Part shown: piece after piece, positions 29,622 through 39,046 of the stretch
Position numbering within the stretch: position 1 is the stretch's first letter
Layout: every line of letters begins with the position of its first letter
NCBI GenBank assembly: GCA_964553245.1
Contig: CAZKJM010000001.1
Coordinates: 362,667-426,666 of the forward strand
Direction: 5' to 3'
From: an uncultured Gammaproteobacteria bacterium
Lineage (GTDB): Bacteria > Patescibacteriota > Microgenomatia > Levybacterales > UBA12049
Length of the DNA stretch: 64,000 nt
Program-made: the position numbers and the translations under genes
The notes under the pieces: generated by a model
Database searches by the model: none
Told to the model about the DNA's origin: nothing
What the model saw: only the letters and a program-made list of their open reading frames with translations

Positions 29622-30479
29622 ATGAACAAAAAAGAAAGAATTCTGATAATCGGAGCTTCTGGATTCTTAGGAACATGTCTTTATAATTTTTTTTCAAAGA
29701 AGACGAGCTTTGTCGTAAAAGGAACATATTTCAATAATGAAAACGAGATATTCGAAAAATTAGACATTTTAGATTATGACCAAGTATTAAGAATCGTTAA
29801 ATTGTTTAAACCTACAATAATAATTCATGTGGCAGGAGCTGCTAGGCCTACTTTATTCAAAAACAGACAGAATAATAATTTACATGAACTAAATTACTGT
29901 GGAACAAAGAACATTATTGATTGTGCTAATATCATTAAGGCAAAAATTATTTTTTTTTCATCTTTGTTTGTTTTCAATGCAAATGATAATAATCTTTTCT
30001 CTGAATTGAGCCAAGTTTGTCCTCTTGGTCTTTATGGTAAATCTAAAGCTGAATCTGAAAAATTAATTAAAACAAATAATAAGTATTTAATCATTAGAAC
30101 AGACCTTTTATTTGGTTATAATGGCAAAAAGCTCAATAATGGATTGTTAAATCTAATATTAGACAATAATGACATGCATTTTCCTAAAAATGAGATAAGA
30201 AAGCCTTTATACGTTGATGATTTATGCAGTATAGTAGAAGCTCTAATTAAGCAGAAATATACAGGGATCTTACATATTACAGGAAATCAGCCTATTTCAT
30301 ACTATGATTTTGTAAAAACAATTAGTCTTGAACTTGGTATGAGCCAGAAAATTAAAAATTATAATAGCGAATATCAATCTTTGCCCATTCTAGATACTAA
30401 TAAATTTAAAAATATGAAACACAAAATTTCTTCTATTAGTGAATCAATAAACAAGATTAAGAGGAAAATTAATGTTTAA
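29622..30479 (+). CDS. RmlD-like NAD(P)-dependent sugar reductase/epimerase (dTDP-4-dehydrorhamnose reductase family)
   Basis: ILIIGASGFLG Rossmann motif, YGKSK catalytic dyad, 285 aa. Confidence 0.5.
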   Translation: MNKKERILIIGASGFLGTCLYNFFSKKTSFVVKGTYFNNENEIFEKLDILDYDQVLRIVKLFKPTIIIHVAGAARPTLFKNRQNNNLHELNYCGTKNIIDCANIIKAKIIFFSSLFVFNANDNNLFSELSQVCPLGLYGKSKAESEKLIKTNNKYLIIRTDLLFGYNGKKLNNGLLNLILDNNDMHFPKNEIRKPLYVDDLCSIVEALIKQKYTGILHITGNQPISYYDFVKTISLELGMSQKIKNYNSEYQSLPILDTNKFKNMKHKISSISESINKIKRKINV

Positions 30480-31593
30480 TATGAAAGCATTAACAATAGC
30501 AGAAGCTATAAATAAGCACAATAATGACTATTCAAATTTAGAAAATAAGTTTACTAAAAAATATGGCTTTTCTATCAATCTTGACCCTTTTCATCCACCA
30601 ATATGGGCGAGAAAATCAATAGTAAAATCTATTAGTGTAGTTATTCCTTCTTATAATAGCTCTAACTCAATTGTCACCTGTCTTTATGCTATAGAAAAAA
30701 GTAGCTTTAATTATAAATTCCCAGAAAAATTAGAAGTTATAGTGGTAGATGATGGTTCAACAGATAACACATGGGATAAGCTAATATCACAAAATTATAA
30801 CTTAAACTTAATGTTAATTAAGCAAAAAAACTATGGACAAGCCCAAGCTTTAAATACGGGCATCAGTAAAGCAAAGGGAGAAATTATTGTGTCTTGTGAT
30901 TCTGATATGATTTTATCGTATTACACATTAGAACATTTTTCATTAAGGCACTCAGAATGCCCAAATGCTTTATTTGCTGGCTTTAGGCACGATACTCATG
31001 TTTCTGACGTAAGAGTTGACGAAAACTATATAAAAAGGAACGGGCCGCATAGATACCCAATCTTCATAGCTGACGAAAGGCTTAATTTTCCTCATAAAGA
31101 CTTTTATAGCTCAATGTGTATTAGTACAAATCATTATAAAGATTTTAGAAATGGAAAAAAATTATATATGCCCAATAATAAAGAATGGCTTTTGCCAGAT
31201 CTTGTTTTCGGAGCTTTATTTAGTTTGAGTAAAAATGTTTTTACACAAATAGGTGGCTACGATGAAAGATTTAAGGGCTGGGGGTGCACAGATGGCTTCT
31301 TAGCTGCAAAAGCTATTTCTACTGGAAGTTTTATTATCCCTTTGTATTGTGCATCGGGATTACATATACACCATAAAGACAGAAGCAATAAAAAAAATAG
31401 TGAATTTCAGAATAATAGAAAAAAGTTTTATCGATTTATAAAAAATGATAAAACGAGTCACTATAGAGACTACTTAAAACATGCTTATAGGCGGATAGAG
31501 GAAATAAAACTAATTAAACATGGAAAAAATAATGCAAATAAAGCAGCAAATAAGCATAGAGCCTTAGGTGAAAACATCTTGAAATATAACTAA
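30472..31593 (+). CDS. Family 2 glycosyltransferase
   Basis: SVVIPSYNSSNSI ... LEVIVVDDGSTDNT ... DSD motifs of GT2. Confidence 0.6.
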   Translation: MFNMKALTIAEAINKHNNDYSNLENKFTKKYGFSINLDPFHPPIWARKSIVKSISVVIPSYNSSNSIVTCLYAIEKSSFNYKFPEKLEVIVVDDGSTDNTWDKLISQNYNLNLMLIKQKNYGQAQALNTGISKAKGEIIVSCDSDMILSYYTLEHFSLRHSECPNALFAGFRHDTHVSDVRVDENYIKRNGPHRYPIFIADERLNFPHKDFYSSMCISTNHYKDFRNGKKLYMPNNKEWLLPDLVFGALFSLSKNVFTQIGGYDERFKGWGCTDGFLAAKAISTGSFIIPLYCASGLHIHHKDRSNKKNSEFQNNRKKFYRFIKNDKTSHYRDYLKHAYRRIEEIKLIKHGKNNANKAANKHRALGENILKYN

Positions 31594-31594
31594 T

Positions 31595-32638
31595 ATGAAT
31601 AAATTAAAAATAGCAATAATCTCAAATTTTGAATATCATTGTGGATCAAGCAATACTATTTTAGGCTATCTTAAGGCTTGTAAAAAAAAAGGTATTGACC
31701 TCCGATTATCCGAACTTGGCAACATTGATAATGTTGGAAAAGAAAAATTTCCCATCGCTGATTCTTCATGGAATCCAGATTTAGCGATTATTGTATTTGA
31801 ATCGTATCAGTTCTTATCAGAAGCAAAGATTTGTAAAATAATTTCAAGAATTCCAAGAACAAGGAGAATTATCATTGATCCAGATGCAAAATATTCTACT
31901 CCATGTCATTACAAAAATGACTGTAACCATAAAAACAATAACGAATATATGAAATGGCATGATTTATATAACTGTCTCTCTGATACTATATTGCAGCCAT
32001 CCCTAGTAGGATCTCGTACATTAAACGTTCATACTTTTTTATATTTCGGAATGGATAATATGAAGCAAACAACTGCAAAGACGAGACTTTATGATCTGAT
32101 ATATATTGGAAACAACTGGTTTCGTTGGCAAGATATGTCTAAGTTAATAAGAAAAACACAAACAATCAGAGAAATATTGCCAAAAATTGCAATTGGTGGT
32201 CGTTACTGGAATGAAGAAAATATGAATAATTTTAGCTATGCTACGTTTTCTAATCCTAAATACCTAGTTAATAATAATATCGATTTGTTAGGAGTAATTC
32301 CTTTCGGGAAAGTTGAATCAACCATGAGTCAGGGGAAAATAAATCCAATATTCATTCGTTCAATATTAAATCACATGAATTTAGTTACTCCAAGAATGTT
32401 TGAGACTTTTTGTGCTGATACAGTTCCAATAGTACCCTCCTATTTCAAAGAAGCAGAAACGTTGTATGGAGAAAAAATAAAAGAATTAATCTTTTCGGGA
32501 AACAATACCAAAGAAAAGCTTATTGACATTGTTAAAAACAATAATTATTATAGCAACTTAACTAATGAGATCAAGAATGAGCTTTTTAAGAAACACTCCT
32601 ATGAACAAAGACTAAAGGAATTGTTAAATTTTTTATAA
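31595..32638 (+). CDS. Hypothetical protein in glycan cluster
   Basis: 347 aa, soluble, Cys/His-rich; translationally coupled to GT2. Confidence 0.35.
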   Translation: MNKLKIAIISNFEYHCGSSNTILGYLKACKKKGIDLRLSELGNIDNVGKEKFPIADSSWNPDLAIIVFESYQFLSEAKICKIISRIPRTRRIIIDPDAKYSTPCHYKNDCNHKNNNEYMKWHDLYNCLSDTILQPSLVGSRTLNVHTFLYFGMDNMKQTTAKTRLYDLIYIGNNWFRWQDMSKLIRKTQTIREILPKIAIGGRYWNEENMNNFSYATFSNPKYLVNNNIDLLGVIPFGKVESTMSQGKINPIFIRSILNHMNLVTPRMFETFCADTVPIVPSYFKEAETLYGEKIKELIFSGNNTKEKLIDIVKNNNYYSNLTNEIKNELFKKHSYEQRLKELLNFL

Positions 32639-32646
32639 AGAAATCT

Positions 32647-33771
32647 ATGAAAAAAATAATTCTAACTGCACAAGACTTCGCTTATGGACCAATTGGTAAA
32701 TTACTTGATCTAGTTTCACACATGGAAAATAAGTTTTTTGAGCTAGTATTTATTGGTTTTGGAACATCTTTGCAACTTGCAAAAAAACATAAGTTTAGCA
32801 AGGTATACAAAATAGATACGGAATTGAGCAAGAACAAGAATAAATTAAAAAACATCGTCAAAGATGCAGATCTTTTAATAAGCTCCATGGATCTTCCAAG
32901 CTTAGAAATCGCACAAGAGTTGGGGATAAAAAATGTTTGGATAGATTGTTTATTTTGGTTTTGGGATGAAATTCCAAAGATTGCCCAAAAAGCGGATCTT
33001 TACATAGCAGAAATATCTATAAATAATAAAAAAAATTTAAAAAAATTTAAAAAAAAAATTAATAACTTACTAATGGTTAATACTATTTTACCAAAACTCA
33101 ATAAGAAAAAAGTTGAAAAACAGGTCCTAATTTCCCTTGGAGGAGCTGAAGCAACTCACTGTTATCAAATAGGAAAAGATACCTATTTCCCTTTTATTAT
33201 GACAGAGATTTTATTAAAATATGTTGATTGGTCATGTTTTGACAAAATATATTTAGCAACCAATCAAAGAATTTTGTCAAAACTAAAAGGATTGTTTAAA
33301 AAAACTAAAATTATCTTCTGTTGCCTAGAGCACACAAAGTTTGTAAATACCTTATCCAATTCAGAAGTGACATTAATAACACCAGGACTTGTAACAACCC
33401 AAACAGCTTTCTATGCAAAAACCCCTGTACTTTTTTTACCTGCGTCAAACAATAGCCAATATTTACAACTGGAGGAATATCGTAAGGAAGGGCTTGCTAA
33501 GGCTTCTGTTTCACTGTCTGATTTTATTGGAAAATTAGATTTTTCTAATAAAAGAGAGGCTGAAGCAAATGAAATGGTAATTAATCAAATAAGCTCCATT
33601 AGGAACAATACTTTTGTGAAAAAAGCCATTGGGGACAAAATTGATAAATTACTCAAGGATAGAAATCGTTGGGCTCAAAACGCCGTTAATGTTGGCAGTA
33701 ACTATATTTATAAACGAGGAGCAAATGGGGCGATTCAGGCACTAAGAGCGATAGAAAGTTTAATGCGCTAG
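32647..33771 (+). CDS. Hypothetical protein in glycan cluster (possible GT-B-like)
   Basis: 374 aa soluble protein; no confident motif. Confidence 0.35.
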   Translation: MKKIILTAQDFAYGPIGKLLDLVSHMENKFFELVFIGFGTSLQLAKKHKFSKVYKIDTELSKNKNKLKNIVKDADLLISSMDLPSLEIAQELGIKNVWIDCLFWFWDEIPKIAQKADLYIAEISINNKKNLKKFKKKINNLLMVNTILPKLNKKKVEKQVLISLGGAEATHCYQIGKDTYFPFIMTEILLKYVDWSCFDKIYLATNQRILSKLKGLFKKTKIIFCCLEHTKFVNTLSNSEVTLITPGLVTTQTAFYAKTPVLFLPASNNSQYLQLEEYRKEGLAKASVSLSDFIGKLDFSNKREAEANEMVINQISSIRNNTFVKKAIGDKIDKLLKDRNRWAQNAVNVGSNYIYKRGANGAIQALRAIESLMR

Positions 33772-33782
33772 TTATTACTTAC

Positions 33783-34382
33783 ATGAATACACAAGCTTTA
33801 GTTAGAAATAATTATAATAAGATATTTAAAATTTATTCTGAGCAAAGACATAAAACGAAAAATGATTACTATCTTAATCTATTCAATAAACTACTAAAAA
33901 GAAACTCAACGATATTAGATCTAGGTTGTGGCTGCGGGAAACCTGTCTCAGAGTTTTTTTTAAAGAGAAAACATAAGATTGTCGGTTTAGACATTTCGAT
34001 AAAACAAGTTGAATTGGCGAAAAAAAATTTTCCTAAAGAAAGTTTTTTCGTAAGAGACATAGCTAATTTAGAATATAATGAGTTTTCTGTAGACGCAATT
34101 GTATCTTTCTATACAATATTTCACATAGCACGTAACACGCAGGAAGAATTATATAGGAAGATTAACTCTTTTATGTACAGCGGTGGAAAAATATTATTAA
34201 CATTGGGATCGTTTGAATGGGAAGGTATTGCAAATTTTCATGGAGGGAAAATGTACTGGAGTCAATTTGGGAGAAAAAAAAATATAAAATTATTAAAAAA
34301 TGCTGGCTTTAATATTTTATTAGAGGAAATTGATAAAAATGACGAATTTAAACACCAAATAGTTATTGGTGAAAAAATATAA
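33783..34382 (+). CDS. Class I SAM-dependent methyltransferase
   Basis: ILDLGCGCGKPVSEF motif I, VDAIVSFY motif. Confidence 0.55.
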   Translation: MNTQALVRNNYNKIFKIYSEQRHKTKNDYYLNLFNKLLKRNSTILDLGCGCGKPVSEFFLKRKHKIVGLDISIKQVELAKKNFPKESFFVRDIANLEYNEFSVDAIVSFYTIFHIARNTQEELYRKINSFMYSGGKILLTLGSFEWEGIANFHGGKMYWSQFGRKKNIKLLKNAGFNILLEEIDKNDEFKHQIVIGEKI

Positions 34383-34498
34383 CCAAAATTAGTTTAAAAA
34401 AAACTTTCTAAACAAATCGTAGATCTTCAATTGTGCGACATGAGCTATAATATTCCTAATGACTGGTAATACCCTATTTTACGTTTATATCGTTGAAT

Positions 34499-34532
34499 GC
34501 TCCGTGGGATGGACGATGTTAGAACCTATTTT
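34499..34532 (-). repeat. Family-1 dispersed repeat copy F
   Basis: GCTCCGTGGGATGGACGATGTTAGAACCTATTTT, 9 nt downstream of stop of 34541-35620. Confidence 0.6.
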
Positions 34533-34540
34533 ATTTCCTA

Positions 34541-35620
34541 TTAACTTGTCTCTGGCTTTTGAGAAAGAGAATCATTCCATAGATCTAATAAATCATCAGG
34601 TCGCTTGGTATGTTCAAATTTCCCTGCTTCTACCATTTTCATAATTTTATATTCAATCCTTCGCCCAATCCAATCAGTAATTTTATCAAGTCCTTGAGGA
34701 AATGGCCTTTTAATCTCGGAACTTGCTTTTTCTAGAATATCTTTTGTATCAGAATCTTCTGTAAAGACCTCTTCAATTTCCAGTATTTTGTTGTTAATTA
34801 TTGACTGTAAAATACTCTCTTGATTATCTGAATAAGCTGCGGGTTCAAGAGGAGGCTTGTATCCTTTTATTCTTCTAGAAAGACCTTTAGCTAGCCCTTT
34901 CTTAGCAAAAACAATATCTAACAAGTCTTTTTTGGGAATATAATCTCTGCCTTCCTGGGTTTTTCTAGTTGCATCTTCTAATTCTGCTGTAAATTCAACA
35001 GAAGGTAAAACATCATATCTATAAGGGGCGCTTTTAAGCTTTTCCCATTGTTTCCTGTAATATTCATCTCTTTTTTCTCTTCGAGTTTGAGCGTCTTCAT
35101 ATAGACTTCTTCCGCCTTTTTGTAAAAATTCTTCCACTTTTGGCCCTACCTCAGCTCGTGCTTCTGTCCATGACATACCCTGGGCAACATAATTACCATA
35201 TATTGCTGCATGCCTAAGCGCTGGGTCTTCTCCCCTAAGCTGTCCTGATAGTAAAGAAGCTTTTTCTGCAGTTGGAGATGCAAAACGATAATCTCCTCCA
35301 GCTCTACGACTAAGAACTGCTAACCCCTGACTTAATATTAACAAGCTTGGGCTATCAACAACTCCATATACTCTACGAAAGTGTTCAGCTTTTTCAATAG
35401 GAATTACTATTCCAAAGGGATCTTTGCTGCTATCCTCTGAGTCAAGTATTAGTGTTCCTAGTCCTCGATTGTCTAAGTCTTTAACTACACCAAGAAATGG
35501 CAAACGTTCTCCTTTTTGTTCTTTTCTGCTAAAAGAGGATTTAATATCTGCTTTTAATTTACCAAATTGTATTTCGCCTGGAGCTTTTGGTCGCTCTGAT
35601 ACACCTTCTCCGACTTCCAT
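34541..35620 (-). CDS. Hypothetical protein (charged, less AT-rich)
   Basis: 359-aa ORF flanked by family-1 (3') and tandem family-2 (5') repeats. Confidence 0.4.
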   Translation of the reverse strand: MEVGEGVSERPKAPGEIQFGKLKADIKSSFSRKEQKGERLPFLGVVKDLDNRGLGTLILDSEDSSKDPFGIVIPIEKAEHFRRVYGVVDSPSLLILSQGLAVLSRRAGGDYRFASPTAEKASLLSGQLRGEDPALRHAAIYGNYVAQGMSWTEARAEVGPKVEEFLQKGGRSLYEDAQTRREKRDEYYRKQWEKLKSAPYRYDVLPSVEFTAELEDATRKTQEGRDYIPKKDLLDIVFAKKGLAKGLSRRIKGYKPPLEPAAYSDNQESILQSIINNKILEIEEVFTEDSDTKDILEKASSEIKRPFPQGLDKITDWIGRRIEYKIMKMVEAGKFEHTKRPDDLLDLWNDSLSQKPETS

Positions 35621-35675
35621 ATATCAAAATTAGTATCTAATATAAAATATATTTTGTCAAACTAAAACTAAACCT

Positions 35676-35727
35676 GAGCTCCGCATGTCGGTCTAGACCC
35701 GTTTCGGGTTATAGTCCTATCTGGCTC
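35676..35727 (-). repeat. Family-2 dispersed repeat copy H1
   Basis: GAGCTCCGCATGTCGGTCTAGACCCGTTTCGGGTTATAGTCCTATCTGGCTC; internal hairpin ACCCG-TTT-CGGGT. Confidence 0.55.
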
Positions 35728-35763
35728 TATGTGTCGGTCAAGAATCATTCAAAGTCATAGTCG
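35728..35763 (-). repeat. Family-2 dispersed repeat copy H2 (tandem, truncated head)
   Basis: TATGTGTCGGTCAAGAATCATTCAAAGTCATAGTCG directly abutting H1. Confidence 0.5.
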
Positions 35764-35834
35764 TTCAGGCCTAAATCTTTGAACAATAAACAACTCTTCA
35801 GTATAATTTAAAATGCTATAATGCGAATAAGTCT

Positions 35835-36176
35835 ATGAAAAATTTCATATCGCTTCTTATTTTAGTTATTTTACTTTCTTTCTTTATAACAACTAATTCT
35901 TCTCCAGTCTCGATTTACATAGGCCCATATATATTTAATGTCCCTTTTTCAATAGCTTTAATACTCCCTCTTTGCATAGGCCTTTTAATTTTTACAGTTG
36001 TTTATTTAGCTAAGGTTAGAAGAATAGAATCTGTAATTAAGCACAATGAAAACGAAATAAATGATCTGCAAAATTCTATTACCCAGTTAAATAAACAAGT
36101 ACATCAATTAAAAATAGAAAATAATAAACTAAAAACCAGACTTGGAGATAAATCATTTGACGATGAATCTATATGA
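35835..36176 (+). CDS. Small membrane protein with C-terminal coiled coil (LapA/DUF1049-like)
   Basis: Two N-terminal TM then heptad-rich LQNSITQLNKQVHQLKIENNKLK. Confidence 0.35.
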   Translation: MKNFISLLILVILLSFFITTNSSPVSIYIGPYIFNVPFSIALILPLCIGLLIFTVVYLAKVRRIESVIKHNENEINDLQNSITQLNKQVHQLKIENNKLKTRLGDKSFDDESI

Positions 36177-36697
36177 TCGAATCCCTGCTTAAGCTTTGGC
36201 GTAAGTTTAATTTCTCTAAAAATTTGCAACTTAGAATTATGCGAACCATAAATGCCCAATTTTTAGTTGGGGTAACAGGAGTTATTTTTAACAATAACAA
36301 TGAGGTCTTGTTGTTTAAACATTCGTATAGATCGATTGCTTGGAGCTTGCCAGGTGGGTACATGAAAGGCAAAGAGCATCCAAAAGAAGCATTAGAAAGA
36401 GAAATTAAGGAAGAGTCTAATTTTACAGTCAGCATAGATTGGCGGATGAAAATAAGAACCGATAGACAAACTTCTAGGCTAGATATTCCTTACATAGGAA
36501 CATTTATTGGAGACTCTTTTAAACCTTCCGCAGAGGTCATTGAATTCGGTTTTTTCTCTTTGGACAACCTGCCACATATAAGAACTGACCAACTTTTTCT
36601 GATAAATAAAGCCTTAGAGGAAAGAAAAATATTCTTTAGTACAAAAAAGCTAGCTCCGATTGAAAAAGCTAAAAAGTCAGAAATTGCTAATTTGTAG
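36173..36697 (+). CDS. NUDIX hydrolase
   Basis: Nudix box GGYMKGKEHPKEALEREIKEESN. Confidence 0.6.
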   Translation: MIESLLKLWRKFNFSKNLQLRIMRTINAQFLVGVTGVIFNNNNEVLLFKHSYRSIAWSLPGGYMKGKEHPKEALEREIKEESNFTVSIDWRMKIRTDRQTSRLDIPYIGTFIGDSFKPSAEVIEFGFFSLDNLPHIRTDQLFLINKALEERKIFFSTKKLAPIEKAKKSEIANL

Positions 36698-36837
36698 TCT
36701 CGCTTATAACTTGCTTTTCGGGATTTAATTTTACACAAAGTAAGTTAAAAATACTCTGAAGCTAAAGTTGTTTAAATCCTATATGCTCTGTGCATCAGTC
36801 AAAAAAATTTTTCGGCTTTAGTTATATTATCCAGGAT

Positions 36838-36893
36838 CTGGCTCTGCATGTCGGTCAAGACCAGTTTAGGGTTATAGTCCTACTCGGCTCGAG
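36838..36893 (+). repeat. Family-2 dispersed repeat copy I at left edge of the less AT-rich island
   Basis: CTGGCTCTGCATGTCGGTCAAGACCAGTTTAGGGTTATAGTCCTACTCGGCTCGAG. Confidence 0.55.
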
Positions 36894-37052
36894 AAATGGG
36901 TACAATTTCGGACAACTGACTGGATAAATTACCTGGAATACCCAGAATTCACAAACAAAGAAGTAAATAGATTCCTTAATGCTTAATCCCCAGGTTGATG
37001 CTGTTTGATTTGTTTCCAATTATCTTATGAATATGTATAATTAAGTTGAGGT

Positions 37053-38861
37053 ATGCCGAATAAATTGTCGTTAAAACTAGACAGGGATAAAATTCTTCGC
37101 AGGATCACCAAGATCTCTATCTTCATCTGGCTGGCATGCATTATAGGCGTCTTTGCAATTATGGGTTATGTTGTGGGTATCAGGAAAGAGCTTTTTGATA
37201 AAGCACCTGATGTCTTCGCCTTCTCTCTCCTCGGGTTAATATTGCTCGGTTGCCTTGCCTTTTTAATCGGTGCAATAGGCATTACCGCACAAATTTTATC
37301 TAAGAGATCCCAGAAGAAACAAAACATCTTTTTATTCCTAATTAAACTGTTCTTTGCGCTAGCCATCCTCCCCCTCTACTTATTGGTCGTTATCATCAAA
37401 CCACTTGAAATCGTAAAGAGACTAAAACAAGAGAAATTAAGAGGTTTATTGAAATCCCTGCGTCCAAAGCTAGTTTTAACGAAATTAGTAGCACTTGTAT
37501 TGGTTTGTGCAATTATTTTACCCATCTGGGTTGTTGGATATGTATCTGTTGGTGCTTTGGCTGCGAACCAGCTAGGTTACATAACAGAGGATATCAATAT
37601 CGTAGGAACTGGTTCTATGTATCCGACTTGGGACAAAGGAACAAAGGGTAAAAGCAACAAGGATCTTGCCAAAGAGATAATTACTACCGCGGGTTTCTTG
37701 CCCTATCCAAACGGCATCGTTATTGGTGGAAAAAGATATCTAGGACATACTCTAGGTAGAGGTGACATTATCACCTGGGAAAATGATGCTACAAGAGAAC
37801 TTACAAGTAGAGACGGAGCAAACCCTGCGGGATTGTTAAAAAGAATCATGGGGCTTCCAGGAGACACAATCGAACTTAGAGACGGTATTGTTTATCTCAA
37901 TGGCGAGCCACAAAAAGAGCCATATATTGCCAAACCGCGCTCAACATTCGGGGAAAAGTTTCTAAAAGAATGTCAGGCAGTAACTGTCCCTCAGGATGCA
38001 ATCTTTGCTATGGGCGACAACCGAAAAGGTAGTTCCGACTCAAGAGAAATTGGCTTTGCTCCAATAAAAGACATCCGCCTAGTCCTTCCTCTGGAAAAAC
38101 AGAAGGGAAAGCTTGATAAGAACTGGCACGACGCAACCAATGACTTATCAGACACAGTAAAACCAACAATAGACAGAAACAGGTTTGTCGAGCTACTTAA
38201 CGAAAAACGCAAAGAGAATGGCGCAACTCCAGTGAAATACGAGCCTAAACTTGATGAATCTGCAAAAATACGAGCAGAATCTTTGTTAAAGAATAACGCT
38301 ACTCAACAACAAGCTTCTTACGATGTCGTTTCAAGTGCAATGTCAAAAGCTGGGTATTGGAACAGCTATGTGTGGGAATGGTCGTTAGAGGGTTATTACA
38401 CTGCTGACGAGTTAGTTGAAGACTATCTCGAAAGAGATTCAACAGATGCTAAAAATGTGTGGTTTGATAAAAAGTTTGACGATGTGGGGATTGCAGAAGT
38501 CCAAGGCAACCTAAACGGATGCCCTACACAGCTTATTGTTGTCCATGCTGCTGGCTACATCCCTCCAAGCTATAAGAAAGAGGATATTGAGTCTTGGAAA
38601 ACAAGCCTATCAAGGCTACGAGAAATTCAGCCAAGCTGGTCAAGTCTCAAAAACAACTCAGGTTTCTACGAAAAAAACAAGGCAGATGTTGATAGAATCA
38701 ATGAGATAATTGGAGTAAGAATTGCTAATATTTCAGTAATCGTTTCCAAGATGGAAGCTAATCAGTGGTTAAGCGCTACCGAACAGAGGATGATCGATCA
38801 GGATAAACCTCTGTATGACGAGCAGGAAGCCATAGCAACCAGGCTTAACAGCCAACATTAA
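37053..38861 (+). CDS. Polytopic membrane protein fused to signal peptidase I (S26) domain and C-terminal CAP/SCP-like domain
   Basis: Approx 5 N-terminal TM; S26 boxes GTGSMYPT (Ser), KRIMGLPGDTIELRDG, GDNRKGSSDSRE; C-terminal ~230 aa with NVWFDKKFDDVGIAEV ... TQLIVVHAAGY reminiscent of CAP/YkwD fold (low confidence for CAP part). Confidence 0.55.
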   Translation: MPNKLSLKLDRDKILRRITKISIFIWLACIIGVFAIMGYVVGIRKELFDKAPDVFAFSLLGLILLGCLAFLIGAIGITAQILSKRSQKKQNIFLFLIKLFFALAILPLYLLVVIIKPLEIVKRLKQEKLRGLLKSLRPKLVLTKLVALVLVCAIILPIWVVGYVSVGALAANQLGYITEDINIVGTGSMYPTWDKGTKGKSNKDLAKEIITTAGFLPYPNGIVIGGKRYLGHTLGRGDIITWENDATRELTSRDGANPAGLLKRIMGLPGDTIELRDGIVYLNGEPQKEPYIAKPRSTFGEKFLKECQAVTVPQDAIFAMGDNRKGSSDSREIGFAPIKDIRLVLPLEKQKGKLDKNWHDATNDLSDTVKPTIDRNRFVELLNEKRKENGATPVKYEPKLDESAKIRAESLLKNNATQQQASYDVVSSAMSKAGYWNSYVWEWSLEGYYTADELVEDYLERDSTDAKNVWFDKKFDDVGIAEVQGNLNGCPTQLIVVHAAGYIPPSYKKEDIESWKTSLSRLREIQPSWSSLKNNSGFYEKNKADVDRINEIIGVRIANISVIVSKMEANQWLSATEQRMIDQDKPLYDEQEAIATRLNSQH

Positions 38862-38862
38862 T

Positions 38863-39045
38863 ATGAGTAAGGATAAAACACTACCAAAGTTACTAACAAT
38901 TAAACAGGCTTCAGAGATCCTTAATGTGCATGTGGAGACTTTGAGGCGTTGGGACAAGCGTGGGAAGCTCAAAGCCATAAGGGTAAACGAGCGCGGTGAC
39001 AGGCGTTACCGCCCAGAGGACATAGAAAAATTAATGAAAATATAA
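38863..39045 (+). CDS. Excisionase/MerR-type HTH (HTH_17) DNA-binding protein
   Basis: 60 aa, LTIKQASEILNVHVETLRRWDKRGKLKAIRVNERGDRRYRPEDIEKL. Confidence 0.55.
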   Translation: MSKDKTLPKLLTIKQASEILNVHVETLRRWDKRGKLKAIRVNERGDRRYRPEDIEKLMKI

Positions 39046-39046
39046 T

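Noticed and set aside
19576-34532. Family-1 repeats as integron attC sites or a CRISPR array
   Set aside because: No RYYYAAC/GTTRRRY paired cores and too short for attC. Spacing is gene-length and irregular, and the intervening sequence is full-length ORFs, so it is not a CRISPR array. No integron integrase or cas genes in the window.
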